A stretch of DNA of 64,000 nt, taken from NCBI GenBank assembly GCA_036501665.1, contig DASXZW010000071.1, positions 59,763 to 123,762 of the forward strand, given 5' to 3'. The first letter of the stretch is position 1. Each line of letters opens with the position of its first letter. Position numbers and translations under genes: made by a program. The notes beneath the pieces are model-generated. The model was not told where the DNA came from, searched no databases, and was given only the letters and a program-made list of their open reading frames with translations. Below, piece after piece: positions 18,067-27,819 of the stretch. The DNA is from Verrucomicrobiia bacterium (lineage in GTDB: Bacteria; Verrucomicrobiota; Verrucomicrobiia; Limisphaerales; Palsa-1400).

Positions 18067-21000
18067 ATGTCCATGATCGACGCACGCGACCAAGTCCAAC
18101 CCTCGGCCCAATCCATTCACCGCAAGCGGCCCAAAGTTTCGACGCTTTCCCGCAACCGCGGTTCAGAGTCCGGCGCGGCGACGTCGTCCCTCCCGTTTGA
18201 GCGCGTTTTCAGCAGCGCGACGGTGAAGCCGTTTGACCAGATTGAATGGGAAAAGCGGACGGCGGAAATCACCGATGACGGCGGCAAAGTCATTTTCAAA
18301 CAGGAAAATGTCGAAGTGCCGAAATCGTGGTCGCAACTGGCGACGAAAGTTGTGGTTTCGAAGTATTTTTACGGTGAACAGCATACGAGCGAGCGCGAGA
18401 CTTCCGTGAAGCAACTGCTTCATCGTGTTTGCCGGACGATGGCCGATTGGGGCGTTCGCGACGGTTATTTCGACAAGGCGAAAGGCGAGTTGTTTTACGA
18501 TGAACTTCTCTGGCTATGCCTGAATCAATATGGCGCGTTTAATTCGCCGGTCTGGTTCAACGTCGGTCTGTACCACGAATACCAGGTCGGCAACAAGTCG
18601 GCGAAGGGGAACTGGTTTTATAATCGGCAGACTGGCGAGGCGGAACGCGCGCGGACCCAATACGAATATCCGCAGGGGAGCGCCTGTTTCATTCAATCGG
18701 TGGATGACAACATGGAGAGCATCATGCACTTGACGTATAGCGAGGCGATGCTTTTCAAATACGGTTCCGGCACCGGCACCGACCTGACGCCGATCCGTTC
18801 CAGTCGCGAAAAGCTGAGCGGCGGCGGACGCCCGAGCGGGCCGCTCTCGTTCCTGCGCGTCTATGACCAGGTTGCCAATGTCGTGAAATCCGGCGGCAAG
18901 ACACGTCGCGCGGCCAAGATGAACACCTTGCGCGACTATCATGGCGACATCGAGGAATTCATCGACGCCAAGCAGCGCGAGGAAAAGAAGGCGTGGGCGT
19001 TGATCGAGCAGGGTTACGACGGCTCGTACAATGGCGATGCGTATGGCAGCGTCATGTACCAGAATGAAAACCTTTCCGTTCGCGCCGGCGATGAGTTCCT
19101 TGAAGCGGCGCTGGCCGGCAAGGAATGGTGGACGCGCAAGACGACCGACCATTCTCCTTTGCAAAAGAAAGACGCGGCGACGCTGTTGAACAAAATTGCT
19201 GAAGGAACGTGGATTTGCGGCGATCCCGGCATTCAATACGACGGGGCGATTCAAAAGTGGCACACTTGCAAGGGGACTGAGCCGATCCACTCGACCAATC
19301 CTTGCTCGGAGTATGTTTTCATCAACAACACGGCCTGCAACCTGGCTTCGCTGAACCTGATGAAGTTCAAGCGCGAGGACTCGAAGTTCGACATCGCGCG
19401 CTTCAAAGCGGCGGTGCGGATTTTCATCACGGCGCAGGAAATTCTGGTCGATAACGCCAGTTATCCGACGCCGGAGATTGCAGTAAATTCCCATATTTTC
19501 CGCACACTCGGTTTGGGATTTGCAAATCTCGGCTCGCTCATCATGAGTTACGGGTTGCCGTATGATTCCAACGAAGGCCGCGCGCTGGCGGGGGCTGTGA
19601 CCTCGATCATGACGGGACACGCTTACGAGCAATCGGCTGAGATTGCGTCGGTTATGGGGGCGTTCAAGGGGTATCGCGACGCGAAATGCGCGCATGTTTC
19701 CAAGCCGCTCGCAAAGGACAACGTGGATTCGATGCTGGGCGTGGTCCAGCTTCATCGCGACGCCGTGGAAGACATTCATCCGAGCGACGAATTTGCTTAT
19801 TTGAAGGAAGAGGCGCGCCACACTTGGAATCGCGCGTTGTCCCGCGGCAAACAGTCCGGTTATCGCAACGCGCAGGTCACGGTTCTTGCGCCGACCGGCA
19901 CGATCGCGTTCCTGATGGATTGCGACACGACGGGCGTTGAGCCGGACATCGCTTTGGTCAAATATAAGTTGTTGGCGGGCGGCGGCATGTTGAAGATCGT
20001 CAATCGCGGAGTTGCGGACGCGCTTCGCCGACTTGGCTACACGGAATCGGAATTGGCGGCGATTGTGGCGCATATTGAGAAATACGACACGATTGAGGAC
20101 GTTCATGAAAACGGCGCGACGATCAGCAGCGGGTTGAAAACGGAGCATCTGCCGGTGTTCGACTGCGCGTTCAAGGCGTATCGCGGCAAGCGGAGCATCA
20201 GCTACATGGCGCACCTGAAAATGATGGGCGCGGCGCAACCGTTCATCAGCGGCGCGATTTCCAAGACGGTCAATTTGCCGCACGAATGCACCGTGGAAGA
20301 CATCAAGGACGCCTACGTTCAGGCTTGGAAGATGGGGCTGAAGTGCGTCGCCATTTATCGCGACGGTTCGAAGCGTTCGCAGCCGTTGAACACGCGCAAG
20401 GGGACCGAGGGCGAAAGCACCTCGACCACGCGGGTGAAGGATTTGGAAGCGGAGATCGAGAAGATGAAGGGCGAGGCCGGGCAGCCTTTGCGCAAGCGCC
20501 TGCCGGATACCCGTTCCGCTGTCACGCACAAATTTGACGTCGCCGGGCACGAAGGATACTTGACGGTGGGCCTGTTTGAGGACGGGCAACCGGGCGAATT
20601 GTTTATCACGATGGCCAAGGAAGGTTCAACGATTGGGGGGCTCATGGACTGCATCGGCACGCTTACGAGCATGGCCCTGCAATACGGGGTGCCTCTGGAT
20701 GCGTTGCTTCGGAAGTTCGCGCACCAGCGTTTCGAGCCGTCCGGTTACACGAAGAATCCCGAAATCCGCAATGCGTCCTCCATTATTGACTACGTGTTCC
20801 GCTGGCTGGCGTTGCAGTTCATTCCGGGCTATCGGGAGTCCACCACTAACTTGATTGGGCGGAATCAGACTGAGATGCAATTGCCGGGACTCGTGGAAGA
20901 GTCCAAAAAAAAAATAAATCGCCCGGTGTCTGACCTGGCGGTGGCGGATGAGACGGAAATCATCCTGCAACCGGTGAAGGGTGGGGGGACTAATGGGAAT

Positions 21001-21195
21001 GGACTGGGTGGACATGGTGGACACAATGGACATGGGGCTTCCGCGGGTGTGGGGCAGGTTGTCACGAGCCTGAGCCAGAGCGTTTCGCATTTTCAACTTG
21101 ACGCGCCGACTTGCCCGAATTGCGGGCATGTGGCGGTGCGCAATGGGGCTTGCTACAAGTGTTTGAATTGCGGGGAGAGTTTGGGGTGTAGTTGA
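18067..21195 (+). CDS. nrdJ: Adenosylcobalamin-dependent (class II) ribonucleotide reductase
   Basis: 1042 aa. Class II RNR sequence is visible throughout (TKVVVSKYFYG, SACFIQ, active-site NPCSEY, TVNLP). The C-terminal four-Cys ribbon is CPNCG…CYKCLNCG. The alternative start ATG 18073 has better Shine-Dalgarno spacing. Confidence 0.9.
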   Translation: MSMIDARDQVQPSAQSIHRKRPKVSTLSRNRGSESGAATSSLPFERVFSSATVKPFDQIEWEKRTAEITDDGGKVIFKQENVEVPKSWSQLATKVVVSKYFYGEQHTSERETSVKQLLHRVCRTMADWGVRDGYFDKAKGELFYDELLWLCLNQYGAFNSPVWFNVGLYHEYQVGNKSAKGNWFYNRQTGEAERARTQYEYPQGSACFIQSVDDNMESIMHLTYSEAMLFKYGSGTGTDLTPIRSSREKLSGGGRPSGPLSFLRVYDQVANVVKSGGKTRRAAKMNTLRDYHGDIEEFIDAKQREEKKAWALIEQGYDGSYNGDAYGSVMYQNENLSVRAGDEFLEAALAGKEWWTRKTTDHSPLQKKDAATLLNKIAEGTWICGDPGIQYDGAIQKWHTCKGTEPIHSTNPCSEYVFINNTACNLASLNLMKFKREDSKFDIARFKAAVRIFITAQEILVDNASYPTPEIAVNSHIFRTLGLGFANLGSLIMSYGLPYDSNEGRALAGAVTSIMTGHAYEQSAEIASVMGAFKGYRDAKCAHVSKPLAKDNVDSMLGVVQLHRDAVEDIHPSDEFAYLKEEARHTWNRALSRGKQSGYRNAQVTVLAPTGTIAFLMDCDTTGVEPDIALVKYKLLAGGGMLKIVNRGVADALRRLGYTESELAAIVAHIEKYDTIEDVHENGATISSGLKTEHLPVFDCAFKAYRGKRSISYMAHLKMMGAAQPFISGAISKTVNLPHECTVEDIKDAYVQAWKMGLKCVAIYRDGSKRSQPLNTRKGTEGESTSTTRVKDLEAEIEKMKGEAGQPLRKRLPDTRSAVTHKFDVAGHEGYLTVGLFEDGQPGELFITMAKEGSTIGGLMDCIGTLTSMALQYGVPLDALLRKFAHQRFEPSGYTKNPEIRNASSIIDYVFRWLALQFIPGYRESTTNLIGRNQTEMQLPGLVEESKKKINRPVSDLAVADETEIILQPVKGGGTNGNGLGGHGGHNGHGASAGVGQVVTSLSQSVSHFQLDAPTCPNCGHVAVRNGACYKCLNCGESLGCS

Positions 21196-21237
21196 ACGAA
21201 AATGACAGCGCAGCAGAGCCGAACTAAAAGCATTTCA

Positions 21238-21500
21238 CAGAAGGAAACGAAGGAAACGAAGGATGGAAAGAATTTTGCCTTACATGGAGGGTTTTCAGGA
21301 ATAGCATTGCAAGGACTCCTCCGCGATGGGCAGAGCTTTATGCAATTCATGAGTAACCACGGATTTCACGGATAACACGGATAAAAAGCGCGGAACCAAT
21401 TGTTTAACGCTTTTTTGGCAAAATTTTCTCGCGCAGAGGCGCAGAAAAAAGGAAAAATAATAGCTTCCTCTCTGTGCCCTCAGCGCCTCTGCGCGAGATT
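21238..21500. repeat. Composite cluster of three short-repeat modules downstream of nrdJ
   Basis: Module 1 is CAGAAGGAAACGAAGGAAACGAAGGA (21238-21263). Module 2 is AACCACGGATTTCACGGATAACACGGATAAAAA (21355-21387). Module 3 is a perfect 16-bp inverted repeat, TCTCGCGCAGAGGCGC (21427-21442) with GCGCCTCTGCGCGAGA (21483-21498). Each module has a second copy elsewhere in the window. Confidence 0.8.
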
Positions 21501-21574
21501 CAGGGTTTGAGTTTTTGTTTGCGGCTTTTGCCGCGCTAAGTCTTTGCGTTGATTTCCGATTCCTGCATTCGGTT

Positions 21575-22312
21575 ATGGAATTGAAACAGAAAAGTATCGT
21601 TGCCGAAGGGATTACGTCCCGGTCCTTTGTTATTCTTGGACTATCGGTGATTATCGGGCTGGGGATTTTTGGGGTTGAGATTGGGCGGGCGGTTAGGACG
21701 GGGCGGGAGTTTGATCGGTATTTGACGGTGAAGGGGTTGTCGGAGCGCGAGGCGAAGGCGAATCTGGCGATTTGGCCGATTCGTTTTTCGGTTTCAGCGG
21801 AGGATTTGAGCGGGTTGAAGACGGCGATGGAGTCGAATGGGGCGCTTGTGCTTGACTACTTGAAGTCGAGCGGCATCGACGCGAAGGAGATCACGCAGGG
21901 GTTGCCGGAAATTGCGGACCGCGAGGATGAACGGATCCAGATGAATCGCCCGGCGTTGTCGCGGTACAAGGCGGTCGTGACTTTTGTGATCCGGAGCGCG
22001 GGGGTGGACTTGGTGAAGAAGGCGATTCAGGGGGTGGATGCGTTGCTGGAAAAAGGGGTGACGCTCGATGGCGGTGGACAGCAAACCGAATTTATTTTCA
22101 ATGAGTTGAATGCTGTGAAGCCGGAGATGATCCAGGAGGCGACGGCGAATGCGCGCGCGGCGGCGGAGAAGTTCGCGCAGGATTCGCACAGCAGGGTGGG
22201 GCGCATCCGCAAGGCGAATCAGGGGTTGATGGAGATCGAGAATCGGGACGCGGCGTCGCCGGAGGTGAAGGTGTTGAGGATAGTGACGACGGTGGATTTT
22301 TTTCTGGAGTGA
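21575..22312 (+). CDS. SIMPL (DUF541) domain protein
   Basis: The ORF-track entry is 21515..22312. I prefer ATG 21575 (MELKQKS…), followed by one TM/signal segment. The stretch YLTVKGLSEREAKANLAIWPIRFSV… and the overall length fit SIMPL-family periplasmic proteins. Confidence 0.6.
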   Translation: MELKQKSIVAEGITSRSFVILGLSVIIGLGIFGVEIGRAVRTGREFDRYLTVKGLSEREAKANLAIWPIRFSVSAEDLSGLKTAMESNGALVLDYLKSSGIDAKEITQGLPEIADREDERIQMNRPALSRYKAVVTFVIRSAGVDLVKKAIQGVDALLEKGVTLDGGGQQTEFIFNELNAVKPEMIQEATANARAAAEKFAQDSHSRVGRIRKANQGLMEIENRDAASPEVKVLRIVTTVDFFLE

Positions 22313-22675
22313 TCAGGCTGAGGCATCGTCAATGAATGCGCTTTTTCCGCAAACTCCACAGTTGCTTGAGGCGACGGCAATTTGAGCGAGGGAACCACTA
22401 AGCCGAGTGTTGCAGGTCGGGCATCGATAGCCAAATCGACGTTGCTGGCGCTTTGCAAAAAGGATTATGAACACATAATTTCCTATAAAAAGGATCAACC
22501 AAATAACAAATATGGTATTGTTGACCCACTCTGGCGCTCCATGTCGCTTGGTATATGCGCTCACTGGCACAATTCCAAGGATTATGGCAAAAAACAGTAC
22601 AAGCCATACTTTCATAGGTTTGCTTGAATTTTGCTTCAGCGCTTTCTGTCTGGAGATGAAATCCTGTTTTGTCAT
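22313..22675 (-). CDS. Small membrane protein with C-terminal CxxC…CxxC zinc ribbon
   Basis: 120 aa. Two hydrophobic helices (VWLVLFFAIILGIVPV and IFVIWLILFIGNYVFIILF) precede CPTCNTRL…NCGVCGK. The DNA is locally AT-rich. Confidence 0.5.
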   Translation of the reverse strand: MTKQDFISRQKALKQNSSKPMKVWLVLFFAIILGIVPVSAYTKRHGAPEWVNNTIFVIWLILFIGNYVFIILFAKRQQRRFGYRCPTCNTRLSGSLAQIAVASSNCGVCGKSAFIDDASA

Positions 22676-22786
22676 AAGTGGCTATCGCGCAGATGACAAC
22701 TTTGCGCTCTTTATGTGCGTTGTCAATTATGTTGTTTCTGTAAAAAAAGCATCGCGGGCGCGAACGATTGAGCGTAACCTTTTTGC

Positions 22787-23020
22787 ATGATTCAACCGGA
22801 AGATTTGGTTGGGGAGGAATGGGCGGAGTGGTATCGGCTCACCCCGGTCGAGCGCTGGTTGGAGAGCGAGAAGCTGTGGCAAACGTATCTCGCGCTGGGA
22901 GGCTCTCTTGATCCCGAACCCGATTCGCAAAGTCCTTTCTTCGATGAACGAGAGGCGCGTGAAAGCGCAACTTCTCAGGTAAAGTTACCTTTGCGCGTTT
23001 TGCGGCGGGGCAAAATTTAG
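22787..23020 (+). CDS. Hypothetical 77-aa protein
   Basis: The ORF encodes MIQPEDLVGEEWAEWYRLTPVERWLESEKLWQTYLALGGSLDPEPDSQSPF…. Its composition is coding-like. I cannot name a family. Confidence 0.4.
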   Translation: MIQPEDLVGEEWAEWYRLTPVERWLESEKLWQTYLALGGSLDPEPDSQSPFFDEREARESATSQVKLPLRVLRRGKI

Positions 23021-23171
23021 CGGTGACGGCAATCTTTCGATTGGATCCGGACGCGAATTTTCAAAAGCTTCATCATTCAAGGTTAAAATGATCCAGTTGG
23101 CGTGATCCAGGCCGTTCCGGGTTGTCTATCTAATTAGCCCGAATCTCCGTTCGACGGGCGTAACAATAGCT

Positions 23172-24995
23172 GTGCAACTGTCATCAAACATTTCGGGAAT
23201 TAGAAAGCCGAGAATTCCTCGGATTATAGTGGTCTTGTCGGTGTTGGTGATGGCCGGACTTGTTTGGTGGGCCGTGGGTATTGATTCTATGCCGAGTTAT
23301 CAGGGGTTGCCTGCGGGTTACTGGTTGACAAACGGCGACGTGAACGCTTTCAGAGCGATGGGGCCGCCCGGGGCGCGATTTCTTGGAAGGGTATGGGAAA
23401 TGGAACCGTCGAACCTGGCTTCCAACAAGGATTATTATTTGAACCTTATTGGATTAGCTCGATACGCTCATTTTCAGGACGAGGATGATAGTCGGATGGA
23501 ACTGCGTGGCGACGCAGCCAAGATTCTCGAAGAATTGCGACGCGATGCGGGGCCGGCATGGCCGTCGTTCTTGCGCGTCTTCCGCAGACCGAATTCGGAT
23601 TCGACAGACTGGAGGGAAACAGCCTGGCTGATGAAGCCGATGGGGCTGGACATTGGTTTTTTTGCTCCGGAGTTGTTGGGAGACTTGCTCAGGTCCGACG
23701 AATTATCAGGGGACAATCGGGCGAGTTCGGACCAACGAGACAACGCAGAAGAGAGAGTCGTCGCGGACATCGATTTGCTCGGCGCGATCGGGCCGCCTTC
23801 CAAAAACGCGATTCCGACGTTGTTGCACTGCGCATCAACGCCATCGCCGTTTTCCCGAATGAGAAGGACGCACGCGGCAGTTGCGCTTTGGAACATTGAC
23901 GCTCGGACGAATGTGCTGATTGACGTCATCTCGAACGAGATTAGCAGTCGTGACAGGGACGGAGCGATGGCGATTCGCGATTTGGGCGACGCCAAGGCGC
24001 CACCCAAATTTCTGGGGCCAATTCTCGAAAGAGCGCTGCATAATCCTTATCGGGAAGTTCGCGAATGGGCGGAGTTTCGGCTGAGTCAAATCGATTCAGA
24101 GCGGCTGAAGGGAATCGCTCACGAACTCAACAGCCATCAGTCCGAACTGCTGCAGCAGCACATCGAACTTCTCAAAAGCACAAATGTAATTGACCGATTG
24201 AATGCCTTGGAGGCGATTCGATTCTTTGGACCGGAAGGTGCCCAGGCTGAGCCTTTACTGGCACGCATTCTCGCTGCCTGTCTTGCGCGCAATTCAACAA
24301 CGACAGCTAACCGGCAAACGACGATGGTTGAGCGAATCGAGCTAATAAAGGAACAAGGCGCCGCCGTGCGCGCTCTGAAGGAAATTAACGCCAAAAGTCC
24401 CGCGTCTGCGTCAGCGCTAATGGATCTCTCGCGGACTATTCCAGGGCCGGACGAGGATTTACTATCCGCTCTTGCAACTGCGGGGCGAGATTCTTCTGAT
24501 GTGCTGCCTTATTTGAGGCAACGTCTTGCGAATTGTGACCAACGCGTCGGGTACGGTCCGCATTTCATTGCCCGGGCAATTTGCAGCATTGCCCCGGATG
24601 ATTTGAAGGCAATTGAAGTTCTTAAGTTTTTGGAAACCAATGCGGTGGGCCTCAGTTCGAACGGACTTAATATCGTGCAAACATCGGCGGCTGTAACTCT
24701 GTGGGAGTTGGGTGTGGAAAAAATGTCGCCGATAGACCTTCTGAGCAAGCAAGTCGATGCGCCTCCTGGGCAAGCTTTTGATCGCACGTGGGCCATTGAT
24801 TTGCTGGGCGAAATCGGCCCGACGGCGCGGGAGGCATTGCCGGAATTGGAAAAGTTCATGAATGCGGAATTTTATCCGTATCCAAATCCCAGCCTTCGCG
24901 CGCACATCGCCATGGCGATCCGCAAGATTGACCCGGATAAAGCGAAGCGCCTCGACCTGCCGGGGGTTTTCATCATTTGCCCAGACAAACTATAA
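23172..24995 (+). CDS. HEAT/ARM-like repeat protein with N-terminal membrane anchor
   Basis: 607 aa with a GTG start. The N-terminal TM is IIVVLSVLVMAGLVWWAV. Helical repeats recur with the pattern …LGxIGPxAxxAxPxL… (LGAIGPPSKNAIPTLL, FFGPEGAQAEPLL, LGEIGPTAREALPELE). Confidence 0.55.
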   Translation: MQLSSNISGIRKPRIPRIIVVLSVLVMAGLVWWAVGIDSMPSYQGLPAGYWLTNGDVNAFRAMGPPGARFLGRVWEMEPSNLASNKDYYLNLIGLARYAHFQDEDDSRMELRGDAAKILEELRRDAGPAWPSFLRVFRRPNSDSTDWRETAWLMKPMGLDIGFFAPELLGDLLRSDELSGDNRASSDQRDNAEERVVADIDLLGAIGPPSKNAIPTLLHCASTPSPFSRMRRTHAAVALWNIDARTNVLIDVISNEISSRDRDGAMAIRDLGDAKAPPKFLGPILERALHNPYREVREWAEFRLSQIDSERLKGIAHELNSHQSELLQQHIELLKSTNVIDRLNALEAIRFFGPEGAQAEPLLARILAACLARNSTTTANRQTTMVERIELIKEQGAAVRALKEINAKSPASASALMDLSRTIPGPDEDLLSALATAGRDSSDVLPYLRQRLANCDQRVGYGPHFIARAICSIAPDDLKAIEVLKFLETNAVGLSSNGLNIVQTSAAVTLWELGVEKMSPIDLLSKQVDAPPGQAFDRTWAIDLLGEIGPTAREALPELEKFMNAEFYPYPNPSLRAHIAMAIRKIDPDKAKRLDLPGVFIICPDKL

Positions 24996-25109
24996 TTTCC
25001 GAATTGCTCCACTTTCTTCGCTCATGAATTCTGAGTCCTAATTTCTGAATTCTCTCCTCATCGGCATTGCTTGCGTATGGGGGAGTTATTCCTTACGTTC
25101 GCGGGATAA

Positions 25110-27773
25110 ATGACTAATGGCGAAAGAAAGAAGGCGGCTCTGCTCGTAACGGATAGAAAATCGACTGCGGCGTCGACATCGACGCGCAGCGGTCGTGTCA
25201 AGAAAAGCGTTTCAAAGCGCGCGGGTCAAGGCGAGGCGGTGTCGGAGATTTCTGCGATGCCGCCGGGGGCGAGGTTGACGACGCTGGAGAATGGGTTGGT
25301 GATTATTACGCGGGAAGATCACAGCGCGCCGGTGGTTTCTGCGCAGGCGTGGTGCCAGACGGGGAGCATCAGCGAGGGGAAGTGGCTCGGAGCGGGGTTG
25401 TCGCATGTGTTGGAGCATATGCTTTTCAAGGGGACGACGACGCGGCCGGGCAGCAGGATCGATCAGGAGGTGCAGGGGGCGGGCGGTTACATGAACGCTT
25501 ACACGTCGTTTGACCGGACGGTGTATCATATCAATGTTCCGAATACGGGAGCGTGGACGGCGATTGATATTCTTTGTGACATCATGCAGAACGCGACGTT
25601 GCCGGCGGATGAGCTGGCGAAGGAGTTGGATGTGATTCGGCGCGAGATGGACATGAACCAGGATGATCCGGGGCGTCGCGCGGGGCGGAGATTGTTTGAG
25701 ACGGCGTTTGTAAGAAGCCCGTATCGGTTCACGATCATTGGGTATCCGGATATTTTCAACACGCTGCAGCCGGCGGATATTCTGGCGTATTACAAGGAGC
25801 GTTACGTTCCGAATAATTTGTTTTTCGTTGTGACAGGGGACATCAAGCCGGACGAGGTTGTTGAGCAAATCCGAAAGGCGTTCGCTCAAAACAAGTCGAA
25901 GGCGCTCGCGCCGATGGTGCTTCCGGGCGAGCCGCGGCAATCTTCGCCGCGCGAGGTGATCGAAGAGGCGGCGGTGGAGCTGGCTTACTTTCATTATGCG
26001 TGGCACATCCCGGACGTCCGGCATCCCGATGCGCCGGCGCTGGATATTCTGGCGTCGCTGCTGGGGAGCGGGCGGAGTTGCCGGATTTTCCGCGAGGTGC
26101 GGGAGAAGAAGGGACTGGTGACCTCGGCGGATGCGTGGACTTACAGTCCGGGCGAGCAGGGGCTTTTTGGGGTGAGCGGGGTGACGACGGCGGACAAATT
26201 CGAGGCGGCGCGCGATGCGTTGCTTTTGGAAATTGAGCGGGTGAAGAGCGAAGCGCCGTCGCCGAAGGAATTGGCGAAGGTGATCAAGCAGTTTGTCACG
26301 GCGACGCTTTCGACGCGCAAGACGATGCAGGGGCAGGCGCAGGACATGGGCGGGAGTTGGATGGCGGCGAATGATTTGAATTTTTCGGAGCGTTACCTGG
26401 CGGCGGCGCGGAATGTCACGCCGGCGACGTTGCAGCGGGTTGCAAAGGAATACTTGACGGAGACGAACCGGACTTTGTACGGGTTGCTGCCGCAAGGGGC
26501 CGCGCCGAAGAGCGGCGAGACGGCGCATGTGCCGGTGGAATCGACGGTCAAGAAGATTGAGTTGCCGAATGGGTTGCGGTTGTTGGTGAAGGAAGACCAT
26601 CGGTTGCCGTTTGTGGAGATGCGGGCGGTTTTCCAGGGCGGGGTGCTGGCGGAATCGGCGGAGAACAATGGGCTTACGCAACTCGTCGCAAAAATGCTGA
26701 TGCAAGGGACGCGTCGGCGCAGCGCGGAGAAGATTGCGCTGGAAGTCGAGTCGTTGGGCGGGAGTATTGACACGTTTGGCGGCAATAATAGTTTTGGCGT
26801 CAGCGCGGAGGTTTTGAGCAGCGATCTGGGGGCGGGTTTTGATGTGTTTGGCGACGTGATTTTGAATCCGGCATTTCCGTTGAAGGAGTTTGAGCGCGAA
26901 CGATCCATCCAATTGGAATTGATCCGCGCGCAACGGGATCAGTTGCTTCAATGCTGCAATCAGGCGATGCGGAAGGAACTCTTTGGCGCGACGGGTTATG
27001 GGCTGGACGCGCTGGGGTCGGAGAAGAGCATTGGCTCGCTGGGCGTTGCGGATTTGGCGGGGTATTACAAGAACATGGCTGTACCGAAGAATTGTGTGAT
27101 GGCCATTTTCGGGGACGTGCAGGCGGCGAAAATTGAAGCGCTGGCGCGGAAGGTTTTTGGGAAGTGGACTTCAAATGCGCCGAACATTCCGTTGCGCAAG
27201 GCGACTCCGGCTTTGACGAAGATCAAGCGTGTCGTTGAGGAGCGGGACAAGAAGCAAGCGGTCATCGTGGTTGGGTTTCCGGGATTGACGGTGAGCAACC
27301 CGGATCGATACGCGCTGGAGTTGTTGCAGGAAGGGTGCAGCGATCTTGGTTCGCGGCTGTTTATGCGTGTTCGCGAAAAGCTGGCCTTGGCGTATTACGT
27401 CGGCGCGCAGCATTTTCCGGGACTTGCGCCGGGATATTTTTCGTTTTATGCGGGCACTGCGCCGGAGAAAGTGGATTTGGTCGAGAAGGAATTGCTCAAG
27501 GAGGCGGCGTTGCTGCGGTCTGAAGGTTTTACGGAGGAGGAATTGGTGCGGGTGAAGGCGAAGGTGATCGGGCAGAGGAAAATTTCGCGGCAGGACCTCG
27601 GCGGGCTGGCTTTGACGATGGCGCTGGATGAGCTTTATGGGTTGGGTTATCAGAATATCGACGGCGAGGACGCTCATTATGAGGCGGTGACGTTGAAGGA
27701 CATTATTGATGTCGCGAAGAAATATTTGACGCCGGATCGGGCGGTTATTTCGATTATCAGGCCGGGAAAATAA
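25110..27773 (+). CDS. M16-family zinc peptidase (two fused M16 units)
   Basis: 887 aa. The inverted zinc motif HVLEHMLFKG (HxxEH) is in the first unit. The second half repeats the fold (PNGLRLLVKEDHRLPFVEM…) but has no HxxEH. Confidence 0.85.
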   Translation: MTNGERKKAALLVTDRKSTAASTSTRSGRVKKSVSKRAGQGEAVSEISAMPPGARLTTLENGLVIITREDHSAPVVSAQAWCQTGSISEGKWLGAGLSHVLEHMLFKGTTTRPGSRIDQEVQGAGGYMNAYTSFDRTVYHINVPNTGAWTAIDILCDIMQNATLPADELAKELDVIRREMDMNQDDPGRRAGRRLFETAFVRSPYRFTIIGYPDIFNTLQPADILAYYKERYVPNNLFFVVTGDIKPDEVVEQIRKAFAQNKSKALAPMVLPGEPRQSSPREVIEEAAVELAYFHYAWHIPDVRHPDAPALDILASLLGSGRSCRIFREVREKKGLVTSADAWTYSPGEQGLFGVSGVTTADKFEAARDALLLEIERVKSEAPSPKELAKVIKQFVTATLSTRKTMQGQAQDMGGSWMAANDLNFSERYLAAARNVTPATLQRVAKEYLTETNRTLYGLLPQGAAPKSGETAHVPVESTVKKIELPNGLRLLVKEDHRLPFVEMRAVFQGGVLAESAENNGLTQLVAKMLMQGTRRRSAEKIALEVESLGGSIDTFGGNNSFGVSAEVLSSDLGAGFDVFGDVILNPAFPLKEFERERSIQLELIRAQRDQLLQCCNQAMRKELFGATGYGLDALGSEKSIGSLGVADLAGYYKNMAVPKNCVMAIFGDVQAAKIEALARKVFGKWTSNAPNIPLRKATPALTKIKRVVEERDKKQAVIVVGFPGLTVSNPDRYALELLQEGCSDLGSRLFMRVREKLALAYYVGAQHFPGLAPGYFSFYAGTAPEKVDLVEKELLKEAALLRSEGFTEEELVRVKAKVIGQRKISRQDLGGLALTMALDELYGLGYQNIDGEDAHYEAVTLKDIIDVAKKYLTPDRAVISIIRPGK

Positions 27774-27819
27774 GGGGGTTTTGTGATTGATCGGTGGGGG
27801 GGCGGCTTGCGTCGTCTGC

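Noticed and set aside
18514-20589. A 691-aa ORF antisense to nrdJ. Similar long antisense ORFs are 25212..26951 (579 aa), 28018..29877 (619 aa), 32623..33822 (399 aa), 39506..40363 (285 aa), 58598..59533 (311 aa), 15180..15851 and 20626..21129.
   Set aside because: Each is fully nested opposite a gene with unmistakable family motifs. Their translations are Arg/Pro/Leu/His-rich low-complexity strings, typical of shadow ORFs in GC-biased coding DNA. None shows a recognisable domain.
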